Origin: Stegostoma tigrinum
Taxonomy: Eukaryota
Reading direction: 5' to 3'
NCBI RefSeq assembly: GCF_030684315.1
Contig: NC_081373.1
Location: 28,497,989-28,561,988, forward strand
Length of the DNA stretch: 64,000 nt
Made by a program: the position numbers and the translations under genes. The notes beneath the pieces were generated by a model. The model was not told the DNA's origin. It searched no databases and saw only the letters and a list, made by a program, of their open reading frames with translations. This document shows positions 26,830 through 39,221 of this stretch, piece after piece. The stretch's first letter is position 1; every line of letters starts with the position of its first letter.

Positions 26830-27758
26830 TTAAGTTTGCTTATGTTGACCCCTGGCAAAATGACAAGCAAAATCATATTGGTTTTTACATTTACATCCAC
26901 ATATGTTACACTGAAATGGATTCTCATAACCGTGGCACCCCATGTGAATAGTGTAAAGTATATTGTCTGCAAAATACATGTCACAATGTTGGCAGTGATG
27001 CAGAAGCTGTGGATCCTGGACTTGAATTGGAGGAGCAGGGGTGCTAGGTTGGCTGTTCGTCATGCAGGGTGAACTCATGTGAGCACTGCGCTCACTGTTG
27101 GGACCTGGCACTGGACTGAATGTTCTTTGACTATGCACAGGATGTCTATCAGGACTAGCATTGGATGAGCTTTGAGCCACACTAGAGACTACAGTGGTAA
27201 CTATTGGTGCTACAGACTGTGGTATCAGATATGGCTTTTCATCCCTGCATGTCACATCAGAAGATGCTGGAGTTTGGTCATCTTGTGAAAGGCTGGAAAG
27301 CTGGCCAGCTAAGGCAGAAAGCTGGTTTAATGGATTATCCACCATCATTTCCTGTACATCCCTTGAGATTCCACTAGTCTGTGCTTTTGTCAGACCCTCA
27401 TAAGATTCAGCTGAGATGTTATGAGAATACTCATCAAGGTAATCTGTTGTCTTCTGTGTCAACATGGAAGGTCCAAAATTATTTAGAGGCCTTCTTCCAT
27501 AGTTCAGGGAGTAGCTGGACTTTTTCTGCAAAATTCCCATCATTCTCTTATTGGTCAGTGACGTCCTGCGTCCTTTCAGAGGAAGTAGTTTATGCCTGCG
27601 CCTACGATGGTGGGATAAGTTACTTTGATCACTGCAGCGAAAGGAGCATAGCTCACATTTATATGGCTTTTCACCTCTATGTGAGCGCATATGTGCTTCG
27701 AGGTGACGCTCATAAGCTGAAGCAAATGGACATAGATGGCATCTGTGGGGCTTCTCAC
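26830..27758 (-). CDS. IKZF5: IKZF5 copy B, last coding exon (929 nt; zinc fingers 2-5)
   Basis: Acceptor catgtag|GT GAG AAG CCC, with an open frame through all fingers to ...FARGQHKQT and TAA at 26830-26832. Spliced CDS is 133+183+929=1245 nt, or 414 aa. Confidence 0.97.
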
Positions 27759-28448
27759 CTACATGACAAAAAACAAATCAGCCAAGTTATTATATTTTTC
27801 CTCCTAAACAATTGATATCTTTAAGCCAAACGTGAGAAGGTATCTCTCCTTCCAACTGCAATTTTATGTAAATATTACTCAAATTCCCAGATGATTCAGT
27901 GAAACTGATACTGATTGAAGCAGCAGAAAGCTTCAAGATTGGTCTTGTGCTTGCGCTGAGTTAGCTGATCTCAGTTCATAAAATACTTTAAAAGCCTGTA
28001 TTTCCAGGGGTGGACTGAGGGTCCAGAATTACTCTTCAATATAATTCAGAGACTCATGTTGGGAAATTAATGTATATGGAAATGTAAATAGAAGGCCAAT
28101 CAGCATGACCTGACATCTTAAAAAATTATAAATTATAAATATTTCATATTCCAGTTTCAATTCCATAGTCCCAAATATTAAATGGGACATTCATGGTCAG
28201 AACTGGTTCTATAAAAGCAGACTTAAAATGAACAGTGACCATTTGATCCACAGGTGAGTTATGTTTAAATGAAACCAACATAGATTATAACAAGAAACAT
28301 GTTACACTAAAATTAATAATTTCCTTAAAGGCAAAGAAGCCCCATGGGGAGGTTGAAAAGGCTATTATCTATTTTATACGTCACCTTTGTGAGAATCTTC
28401 GTATGTTGGTGATGGAACTTCACCCAAAAAAATAGGAAACCTAAAAAC

Positions 28449-28668
28449 GTAGGTAACGAAGCGGGGAGCTGGATGACCATAGTAGGCTATTGGGTATTAG
28501 AGGAACAGAAAATCTGCTGTTTTGGGTTAGGACCCTTCTAAAGAAAAAGGGGCCCTGACCCGAAACGTCAGTTTTCTTGTTCCTCTGATGCTGCTTGGCC
28601 TGCTGTGTTCCTCCAGCTCCACACTTAGTTATCTCTGACTCCAGTATCTGCAGTTCTTGCTATCTCAG
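28449..28668. mobile_element. Fold-back mini Penelope-terminus element with TSD
   Basis: Degenerate inverted arms around ~28545 (gagctggatga... and ...tcctccagctcc), flanked by cctaaaaac at 28440-28448 and 28669-28677. Confidence 0.65.
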
Positions 28669-28850
28669 CCTAAAAACATTTCTGTTGGCACAGAATACAC
28701 AAACAAGCTTGTAATTCAAGAAACTAGATTTGTCAGGAGATGAAACTAAATATGCATCACTCATCTGAGGCTTAATACTGTGTCCCAGGAAAAACAGACA
28801 ACCAGTGACAAAACTAAATTTAAAAAAAGTGTGCCACTCATAGTATTTTT

Positions 28851-29170
28851 AGATTAGATTAGATTACCTACAGTGTGGAAACAGGCCCTTCATCCCAACA
28901 AGTCCACACCGCCCCTTAGAGTATCCCACCCAGACCCATCCCCCTACAACCCACACACCCCTAAACACTATGGGCAATTTAGCATGGCCAATCCACCTAG
29001 CCTACACATCTTTAGACTGAGAGAGGAAACTGGGGCACCCGGAGGAAACCCACGGAGACACGGGGAGAATGTGCAAACTCCGCACAGACAGTTACCCGAG
29101 GCTGGAATTGAACCTAGGTCCCTGGCGCTGTGAAGCTACAGTGCTAACCACTGAGTCACCGTGCCGCCCC
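28851..29170 (-). mobile_element. tRNA-derived SINE (HE1-like), full length
   Basis: Head gggcggcacggtgactcagtggttagcac...ggttcaattcc, the same body as 22335-22645, and an (AATCT)n tail seen as agattagattagatt. Confidence 0.88.
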
Positions 29171-31172
29171 AAAGCTTTTGTATTTGTCCATTTGATTTTA
29201 CAGAGGCCCTATGCTCAATGTTGCATTTGTTATTTCTCTTAAAAATTAACTGAGTCCAACAACAGCAATAGAATAAATGCACAACTGCAGATCTAGAAAG
29301 TCTATTTCTCATCCCACTTCTCTAGAGATTTTCTTAATTTCCTATTCAAGTGAAAGAGTTCTCAGATGCAATCAATCATTCTGTGAACTGTGCACCAACA
29401 TTAGGAAGTCAGACATACCGAAGTGATATCATTTCAGTTTACAGTACCTGCACAGATGCTCCGTTTCTGAAGGGAGACATACAGTAGCAATTTAATAAAC
29501 ATTAGAAGTAATTGCGTAATGGCCAAGAGTTTGCTAACTCTGTCCCTTGTGATCTACATTGGAAAGTACATTTCCAGCGATTATGCACATGCATTTAAAC
29601 AGGAAATCCAAGAGATTCCGTCAGGACTACTTGACTCCTCCACTGCAACCACTTTGCGGAGAGACTTGGCATCACCAACGGTGCCAAACTGTAGAAGTCA
29701 TCCAATAAACATACCAGAAAAAGCTAATATCAGTAAATTAGTATCAAATGAGTCTAATGACAATCCAATAATAACACAACAAGCAGTGATCACTACCAAA
29801 CCTGAAATTCAAATCCCATTTTGGGAACCTCTGCTGTAAATACCAAAGATGGTGGGAAGAAAGATGAAGGCCAGCATGGAGGATAATGAAGGCTGAGGGA
29901 CAGAGGTTGTTTTTATTTTTAACCACTGTAACTGGCATGAAGTCTCAGAGGACCAAGGTGGGCTTTAATTGCCTGCCTCAGCACCCGGGTGAAATTGCAG
30001 ACACATCAGAATTTTTTCCAGGATCAGCAAGCTCAACCCCTGTCAGCACCTAGAATGAAAATCTAAAAATTTAGTTCTCCTGAGTCAGATTCCCACAGCG
30101 AGGAACTTTCCTGACCTTGGGCTCCAACTTGGGAATGAAAAATCAGTCATAGATCAGTTAGGATTCTGCAATTTGATTTGGAACGGGTTGCTATTTAGAC
30201 ATCCAGAGGCCCTGGACAGGATGCCACACTAGAAATTATCTTCTAATTGTGCAATTTTCCTCAAAAACTTGCCTAAGGTTTGTGGTCAGCTGCTAGGGTA
30301 ATGAATGGTAAGCACCATTCTTGTCAACTGATCAAAAATCCAGATCACTATGTCGAGAAAAACATACGCCATATGGTTTCAATTTTTTTGGAACCTGGCA
30401 TCTATTCTTCAATCAACAATGATTCAAAAGCCATCTTTGGAAAAAAAGACAGTATATACATCATTATTACTCTTCTATTAACCAAAATTGTAACACTGTT
30501 CTGGACAAAAGGTTATATTCCAGGATAGACTTGAGCTTCAAAGCAAAGTTAGGAAGTGTAAACCCAGGAAACACAACAGATTATGCAAAGGCTAGTGTGC
30601 CATAGCCCTTTTAACAAAAAGAAATGGTAACACCAACAAGAACTGCATAATGCTGTAGACTGTCTTTCAAAGCAGAGTGCATTTAAGCCAGACTGAGTAA
30701 GCTATCTGAAATGCTGAGGTGAAGAGAAATTTTAGAATCACTGAAGGGATTTTCTTTTAAATCCTTCATTGGTCAAGAATATCACTGGCAAATTATCTAG
30801 CTCAATTTTCCCACTAAGCGGTGGTGGCAAGTTTCCTTTATTATCCAGTGCAGTCCATCTGGTGTAGGTGCACTCAATTCAGTTAAAAAGTAAGTACCAG
30901 ATGTTTTGAACAAGGGACAGTGAAGCAACAGTGTTTTCCATTCAACTCAGGTTGTATGTAACTTGCAGGAGAACTTTAAGGCAGCATTGACCCCTGCACC
31001 TGCTGTCCTTGTCCTTTAAGTAGTAAAGGTTGCTAGTTTGGAAAATGCTTTAGAAGTAATCCTGTCAAGCTGCCGCACAGCATCTTTTTATGTTATATAT
31101 GTGGCTATTATGTGTAGCTGTGGTGGAAGGGGTGCCAATCAAGCGTTTGGTTAGTCCTGATTGACACTGAGT

Positions 31173-31633
31173 CCCAAAACCAGCCCAGTTCTTCCCCTCC
31201 CCCCACTGCATCACAAAACCAGCCCAGCTCGACCCCTCCCCCCACTGCATCCCAAAACCAGCCTGTCTCTGCCTCCCTAACCTGTTCTTCGTCTCACCTA
31301 TCCCTTCCTCCCACCTCAAGCTGCACCTCCATTTCCTACCTACCACCTCATTCTGCCTCCTTGACCTGTCCGTCTTCCCTGGACTGACCTATCCCCTCCC
31401 TACCTCCTCATCTATACTCTCCTCTCTACCTATCTTCTTTTCTCTCCATCTTCGGTCCGCCTCCCCCTCTCTCCCTATTTATTCCCGTTCCCTCTCCCCA
31501 TCCCCCTCCCTGATGTAGGGTCTAGGCCTGAAACGTCAGCTTTTGTGCTCCTGAGATGCTGCTTGGCCTGCTGTGTTCACCCAGCTTCACACTTTATTAT
31601 CTTGGATTCTCCAGCATCTGCAGTTCCCACTAT
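31173..31633 (+). mobile_element. Penelope-like element 3' terminus with an internal ~39-bp tandem repeat and TSD
   Basis: About 2.3 copies of cccaaaaccagcccag...cccctccccccactgcat, a pyrimidine-rich body, and ctgatgtagggtctaggcctgaaacgtcagc. cactgagt direct repeats at 31165-31172 and 31634-31641. Confidence 0.75.
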
Positions 31634-32139
31634 CACTGAGTTTTGAATGTTGTTAGGGATGTACTTATTCAGGCAAACAGAGTATTCTATCACAACCCCA
31701 AATTATGCTTTCTTTTGCAGGTGATACGGGAGGCAGGGGGGGGCGGGCGGAGGAGGAAGAACTCTGAGGAATCCACCCTCTAACCTGATTTTGTAGCCAC
31801 AGAATTGATATGGCTCCTTCAGGTCAATATTACTGCCCAGGATACAGGTGGTGGGGCAAATTAAAAAATAATAGTGACATTGATGACTTGGGAGAATGGT
31901 TAGATTCTCTTATTGAAAATGGTCATTGTGTATCATAAATGTTCCTTCCCACTAAACATCCTAGGCCTGAATGTAGTTCAGATCTGACTGAACACAAAAA
32001 ATCCTTCACTGAGGATTTATTAAAAATAATAAAGACTACGCAGTAAAACACCTGCATTTCTGATCTTATAATGAAGATGGTCATTTACAAAGCAGCTCAT
32101 GATTAATACAGAGGCATTATCCAGGGAAGCTTATTGCAC

Positions 32140-32485
32140 AGAGATAGTGTCCCTACCTTTAAGCCAGGAGACCTGGTTCGAGTTCCACCTGCTCCAGAAG
32201 TGTGCAATAATTTCTCAAAACAGTTTGGTTAGAAAATGTGTATCCAGTGAACTTTAGGGCTCTTGTGATGTAGTGGTAGTGGCCCTACCTTTGTGCTTAG
32301 GGAGTTGGTTGAAATCCCACCTGTTCCAGAAGGCATGTTACATGTCTGAACTGGTTGATTAAAATAACTAATGAGGAACTTCAGAGATGTTATAGTGCAG
32401 TAGTAGTATCCCTACGTCTGGGCCAGAGATTCCAGGTTCAAGTTCCACCTTGTCCGGATGGAAGGCATCAGATGTCTGAACTCAT
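32140..32485 (+). repeat. Three tandem tRNA-derived SINE heads (~120-bp period)
   Basis: Three copies of tagtg(g)tagtgtccctacct...ggttc(g/a)a.tcccacctg.tccaga at about 32145, 32270 and 32395. Confidence 0.7.
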
Positions 32486-33198
32486 ATCTGCCCTGAGGAG
32501 CTTCTGCATCAATGTCCTCAGGCTGAAACTATTCCTCCTTTAACCAGCTTCATTTGTGTCATGTATGACTTTACTCCCCTACTTCCCATTAATTTCAGTT
32601 TTGCTAGGGCTCCTTAATGCCACAGGTAAATGGCCCCTTGATGTCAAAGCAGTCATTCTCACCTCCCGTACTTAAATCAGAGTTTTTGACCAAAGGAAGT
32701 GAAATGTGAATAAAATTTAGTAACATTAATAACTGAGTCAACATAGGAAGGTGGTGTTAGCAAAACTTTAATTTCCATAATAAAACATTTAATGAAAGGA
32801 ATTGAGCCGGGAAGGAATTCTAAAAATCAATAATATTTAGAAACGGAGATTGGTTCATAACATTTTATCAGTAGTAGCAAGGGCTGGTTAGGTCAGTTAG
32901 CTAGCATGTAATTCAGGGCACCACCAACATGGATTTGATTCCAATTCTACTTGAGGCACATTTGGAACGTTCTCACGCTACTCATGAGTGAGAGAAGCAA
33001 TAGCAAACTAGTTACCAAACAAAAAAGGCTCAGGAGGAGGCAACAAATGAGCCAAGAACTGGTCTACGTGCAGAACACAAATGAAGCAATGGCTTGCATG
33101 TAGACTCAATTTCACCTCACCAGTTCTCTGATAAATTCAGACACAGCTACTTGATAATTGTTGTTTAAAGTAAGATAATCTGCTGTGCAGTCTGTTAC

Positions 33199-33381
33199 CT
33201 GTGTGCATTCTGGTATGCTCCATCAGTCGTGCTATCCCTTTGCTGGCATAGTTACAATACTGACACTTTAATTTTCCATCAACTGTCCTCTCCGGTCCTT
33301 CTCCTATCAATCCAGAGCCATCATCAAGAGAAACTTCAACTGAAGCATGGTGGATTCCGTTTTGATGATTTTCTGTCCCAG
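33199..33381 (-). CDS. IKZF5: IKZF5 copy B, second coding exon (183 nt; zinc finger 1)
   Basis: (A)GTENHQNGIHHASVEVSLDDGSGLIGEGPERTVDGKLKCQYCNYASKGIARLMEHTRMHT(G). Acceptor ttggtag| and donor G|GTAACA. Confidence 0.95.
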
Positions 33382-35666
33382 CTACCAAGTAAATTGGAAG
33401 CATTGATTAAGACAATTTCACAAATTTAAAAAAAAATGTTGTCTAAAAATATGAATACAAACTAAATACTAAATTCACTTAACAGGAGTAGTTCATACTC
33501 TACATATGTACATAAAAATACAATACAATAAATAGATCAAGGTCAGTGGCAAGGTTCTTCCGAAAATTAATTGTTGAAATTACAGTAAACAAATTGTGCT
33601 CCAAGCTATGTGCTCCATCATTCGATCTATGCAAGAATGAAATATGAACCCAACGAAGTTACACAAGACTGAATGCATGTGAAACAGAGAAAGCCAGCAT
33701 GCTATACAGAATAGCTAGGTGATCCCACAAACAACAGATTAAAGCTCTTAGTCCTGTCACATTCAGTTATAAAGAGGTATCGGACAACTGAATAACTATT
33801 AAGTATGTGGATGCCACGAACATCCTCAATTTCAATCATGAGGAATTCCAGAAAGCAAAAATAACCAGCCTTGGTAGTGGAGTGAATGTGGTTGAAATTG
33901 ACTGCAGGGTTAAGCACAACACCAATGTTGCAAATATTCTCATTCAGCTTCAGAGAGCTAACAGGGAAGGATGGATTCAGCAACAAGGGAATGAAATTTA
34001 TGGAGGGACTGAAGACAACATTTAACTGGAAGAAGTTTCATTTCATGTTATCCTGAATTTTAAAACACAAGCAACATGACAAGTTAGCATCAGAGTTAGC
34101 AGAACAGATAAGAGAGGTGGTGGTGAGAAAGAAATACGTGTGAACAGCTTACACGTTGAACCAGAAGTGTTTTGAGGTAGCCAAGAATCAATTATATGGG
34201 CAAGAACAACGAGAGAATCAATTTCAGCTGATTTCCTGGATTTGACTAGATAGTTAAGAAACTAAGAAACGAAGTGAATGTAGTAAGAAAACGTAATACA
34301 GAAGAATGGTATGGCCAACCATCACATGGGCTGAGATAAGTGAAATAGGATAGTTTACCAGTCAGTAAGGTGAAAGTTTGACTTAGCTAGAGGCTGATTT
34401 GGAACTATGGCTGATTCAAACATGAGATTCCAGGAATGATGTGCCAAGGAGGCAACAGGATGTTTAGGGACATGAAAAGGGAAGGCTGGAGAAAGGGTGG
34501 TACATTCACTGAAGTCTCAAAATAGAAATATTTTTAACATTATCTTCCCACATTGAAGTAGAAACAATGTGCTTAGTGGTTTGATTTGTTTTAATTATAC
34601 ACTAATAACTTAGTGGGTAAAGACAAGAAACAAAATGCAATTTGGATGAGCTAGGCGATAGTTCCATTTAATCTAGTAATGGGATGGAATAACTAGATCA
34701 CACCGAATTTCTGATCTGTGTTTATTAATCTTTGTAGGAATCTGGTTAGCAATATTGTATAAGGAATCTTGGAATTTAGCAACAATTGAACAGCAGAGCT
34801 CATGTCCAGATTCAATGTAGAAAGTAGTCGCAGATTATGTACTGAAAAACTGCTGGAATTCAGAATTAAAAGACATTACACCTAAAGCAAGAGAAGCCTA
34901 GAAAAAAATGTACAAATTCAATACACCTTCATTATCACACAGGACACTTTAAAATGTACTTCAGAGAAATACAAGATCAACTGCACATGAAAATCTTACA
35001 TTTCTTCACAAAAAAAAGTTTCTATCTGCAGACATATTGATTATGTACAAACAATTTAAAAAAAATGAGCAATGTAAATTGATTAACTGCTAATGTTTCT
35101 GAACTGTGGAAGCTCAAGAACAGGCTGTAATATTGTATCAATGGCAGCCCATCAAGCAAGGTAGAATTGCATCAACTAGGGACGCTGGCTTTTTACGTCA
35201 GAAAGACTCTTGTCAGCATGATATGATAGCCATTTTTAAAAGAGTTTTTTCCAAACATTATTTCCAAGGATTACAAAATATATGAGTTTGCATTTCATTT
35301 TTATCTACACACTGCACATTTGCTTAAAAATTACAAAAAAAATGTAAATATATTGATTTTTAAAAATTATCATCCATAGAATACTTTTCACAAGGTACAG
35401 AGAGAACAAAAATCAAGGTTTCCTTAGTTTTGGTGACTATAAAACCTTCGTATTTTGCTCAATGGTTGCCACATTGTCAAGAAGTGTATTATTTCCAGAA
35501 ATGTTTTTGTTGTTTTCAAGCAGATACTTCAAATCTGATATTTCAGACCACCATTTATAGTCAAAACAATCTTTCAGGCAATATATTAAACAATTGTTTT
35601 AATAGTTAAAAAATACTAACCAATAAGGAAATTTAAGTTAGTACAATGAACATTTTCTTTCCTTAC

Positions 35667-35799
35667 CAGGCTGAAGTAATTCTGGTTCCTTATCATTACA
35701 CACTGAACCGGAAATCATGTTTACATGCTGTGTTTGCTGAGTGAGATACTCTTGAAAATCCTTGACAAAGTCTACAGAATCATTTCTCTTTTCTCGCAT
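35667..35799 (-). CDS. IKZF5: IKZF5 copy B, first coding exon (133 nt; absent from the supplied ORF track)
   Basis: Manual translation gives MREKRNDSVDFVKDFQEYLTQQTQHVNMISGSVCNDKEPELLQP. Donor G|GTAAGG at 35666. Upstream acceptor ttttctctgaag| at about 35832. Confidence 0.95.
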
Positions 35800-37719
35800 A
35801 TTCTTACACTTGTTTGAAGCTTCTTTAATTCCTTCAGAGAAAAAAAAATAACTATTTCATACATGCAATGTTACTGCACACCAAACACATTAAACAATTC
35901 AGCATGCGCTTGTATTATTTGTATTTGAACTAATTTTCAAGAGTATTCTGTTTCATTCAATAAGCCGAATCTGGAGTAAATTTCTCCTTCATTCAGTCAT
36001 TTTCTGGTTCTACTGCAAATATTTATTCCTCTCCCTCCATATACCCACCTCAGACATTCGTTGGGATTTGATCAAATTCTGATCTTGATAGTATAGAATT
36101 TCACAATCCAAACATTGCTTTTTTAAAAAAAAAATTGCAGTTGTTACATTGAGTTACATGCAGCAGTACAGGGAGCCCCGATTTATGAATGTCTGACCTA
36201 CAAATGATCATATTTATGACCACGATGTAATGCATGGGTGTATTAATATTAATTTTACAGATCTGACATGCAAATGTTTCCCCATCCTTAAACAGTTGTT
36301 TTATACAGTCGAGTATTGTGTTCCAATTGGCTTATGAATGGACTGAACAATGGAACCTGTTTGCAACCCAGATATTGCCTGTACCAGAAATTACATCAAA
36401 CAGATAATGCTGGCATTACTCAGATCAGACCCACTGAGTATTTCCAGGATTTCCTGATTTCATTTCAAATTTCCAGTGTCTATCTTATTTTGTTCTCCAA
36501 AGTTCACTGTCTCTTTACAAATTATAGTCTATTTTACTTTGTACATTTCAATGCACTTGGAAGTTAGAGCATCACCATCAACAAAATTATTTTTAAGAAA
36601 GGCACTGAATTCAAAGTGCCCAAATGGTTGAGTTGATTTTCTCCCTGCAAGAAGTTTTATTTACAACCAAGTTTACAGAAATTTGGAGCTATACGCAAGT
36701 GACATCAAACCAACACAGGTTTTGATTGTTGTATCCCTACACAGCAGAAATTATCACATTTTGGTGAGATGATATAACTACACTTGTAAACCAAAATCCC
36801 TGTGAAAACTTATTGCACAATATTTATGTAAATATTTTACTCCTATGTAAAATGTAAACTGAATCATAAATATACAATAAATGAAGGACATTATTAGTCC
36901 TATGAAATCATGTTACAGAAAACTGAAGTATCCTACTGCTTTCAGTTACATTAATTTTAATTAGGAATTATTTTTATTCCTTTTATCCAGCCTTCAAATA
37001 ATAACTTAGACATAAAAACAAGGTATATTCAGTTAGCTGCATTTGGATGCTTTCCTAAGAGAATCTTTGAAATAGTTCAAGTCTCATCATGCTACCTCAA
37101 TTAACAATACATCAGCAAGAAGCAAAATTAAGTTCATAATGTGTTCAGTACCAACCTCTCATTGGATTGCCTCCCTCTTCTTTAATCACGTACTAAAAAT
37201 GGATTAATTATGGCTATCTTTTTTCTATGATATCAGGAAAGACACAAGTAAAATCCAGTAATTATACTGTGTGGTCCAAAATGTGTTTAATATCCTTTGG
37301 ATAATCTCTGATTTACTCAAGTTCAAATTGAATCATGAATCAAGCTTAGAAGTCCTGTCTCTTCAAAATTTAAATACACTGTTATTCCAATTCAATTAAT
37401 TGTTGATACATGCATGTAATCAACTTAACTCTACTGGTAATCACAAAGAAAATATGCTTCAAGTCACTCCATAATCAGCTCTTAAAAGGTTAATTATAAT
37501 GAGCTAGAACACTTAGGTAGAATTTTGGTAAGAATGTGATTTTTTTTTCTCTTGCTTGAAACTTCACAGCTTCATTAACCACACCAACTCCAGCTTTGGT
37601 CAAACTTAACTAAGCATTACACCATTTAGTCCTAGTCCAATACTAAAAATCACTTGCAAATTCTATTTGCATCTAACAACCGTTTGTTTCCACTTCCAAC
37701 GCTGTCCCCTTACAGGAGG

Positions 37720-38072
37720 AGATAGCGCATAGTGGTAATGTTACTCAACTAATAATCCAAAGCCAAGGCTATTTCTCTGGCTACATAGTTTCAAATCCCA
37801 TCTTGACAAATTGTCGAATTTAAATTCAATAAACCTGGAATTCAGTGCTAATCTCAGTGATAGTGACAACAAAATCAGTCCTAAAAGAGTCGTCTAGTTC
37901 ACTAATGTCCTTTAGAAAAGGAGCTCTTCTGTCTTTACATGTGATCCAGGCCCACAGCAATGTAGTTGACTTAAGTGCCCTATGAGATGGCCTAGTAAGC
38001 CACTCAGTTCAAATGCATTTTGAGACAGGCAACCAATGCTGGCTTTGACAGTGACACCCACATTCCATGAAA
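37720..38072 (+). mobile_element. SINE-like element with a tRNA-like head and LINE-derived body and tail
   Basis: gcgcatagtggtaatg...tttcaaatccca head, body cccacagcaatgtagttgac, tail aatgctggc...cccacattccatga. A related copy lies at 60450-60790. Confidence 0.6.
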
Positions 38073-38214
38073 ATAACAACTATACTCTAATTGCAAATAA
38101 CTTCGATACTTGCGTTATTAATTTCTCCAAAATCCTCTTCAACCAATTGCAAGCATCAGTTCTTCTGCCTGTTGTTTGCTCAAGCTCATAGTGAATACAC
38201 TCAATCATTCAGTG

Positions 38215-39221
38215 AGGTGTTCAACATAGATCCACGTGGTAGACTGGTTAGCAAGATCAGATCACATGGAATACAGGAACAACTAGTTATTTGGATACAG
38301 AACTGGCTCGAAGGTAGGAGGCAGAGGGTGCTGGTGGAGGGTTGCTTTTCAGACTGGAGGCCTCAGAGTACAATGTTTCCCTGATCAGATGGGCCAACTG
38401 ACCGAGGAGTGGCAGATGCTTTTAACTTAGATAAATATGAGGTGCTGCATTTTAGACAGACAGATAAGGACAGGACTTACAAACTTAACGGTAAGGTGCT
38501 AGGGGGTGTTGCTGAACACACAAACTTTGGACTGTAGGTTCCTAGTTCCTTCAAAGTGGATTTGCAGGTATGCAGAATAGTGAAGAAGTTGTTTGATACG
38601 TTTGCCTTTATTGGTCAGTGCACTGAGTATAGGAGTTGGGAGGTCATGTTGCAGCTGTACTGGAGATTGATGAGGCCACTTTTGGAATACAGCGTTCAGT
38701 TTTGGTTTCCCTTCTATAGGAAAGACGTTGTGAAACTTGAAAGGGTTCAGAAAAGATTTATGTTACCAGTGTTGGAGGGTTTGAGCTATATAGCCTGAAT
38801 AGGCTGCAACTATGTTCCCTAGAGCATCAGAAGCTGAGGGGTGACCTCATAGAAGTTTATAAGATCATGGAGGGGCACGGATAGGGTCGATAGTCAAGGT
38901 GTTTTCCTCAGGGTAGCGGCATCCGAAATTACAGCACAAGTATAAGGTGAGAGGGGAAAGATATGAAAAGGAAACCAAGAGGCAACTTTTTCACACACAA
39001 GGTGATGCGTGTATGGGATGAGCTGCCAGAGGAGATACTGGAGGCTGGTACAAATTATAACATTCAAAAGGCATCTGAATGGAAATTTGAATAGGAAGGG
39101 CTTAAAGGGATATGGGCCAAATGCTGACAAATGGGACTATATTAGTTTAGGATATCTGGTCAGCATGGACAAGTTGGACAAAGGGGTCTGTTTCCATGCT
39201 CTACATCTTTATGACTCTATT
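38215..39221 (+). mobile_element. Decayed CR1 LINE fragment
   Basis: WIQNWLEGRRQRVLVEGCFSDWR and RPLLEYSVQFW...LERVQKRF, with a CR1 3' UTR ending tatgactctat. Confidence 0.88.

Noticed and set aside
28851-29170. tRNA genes
   Set aside because: The A/B-box sequences are SINE heads attached to SINE bodies, with no full cloverleaf.
31173-31265. CRISPR-like repeat array
   Set aside because: A simple ~39-bp tandem repeat without unique spacers, inside a eukaryotic retroelement.
5411-35799. IKZF5 duplicate as an assembly or haplotype artefact
   Set aside because: About 25% protein divergence, many synonymous changes, different intron lengths (2542/1616 versus 2285/5440 nt) and different repeat insertions.
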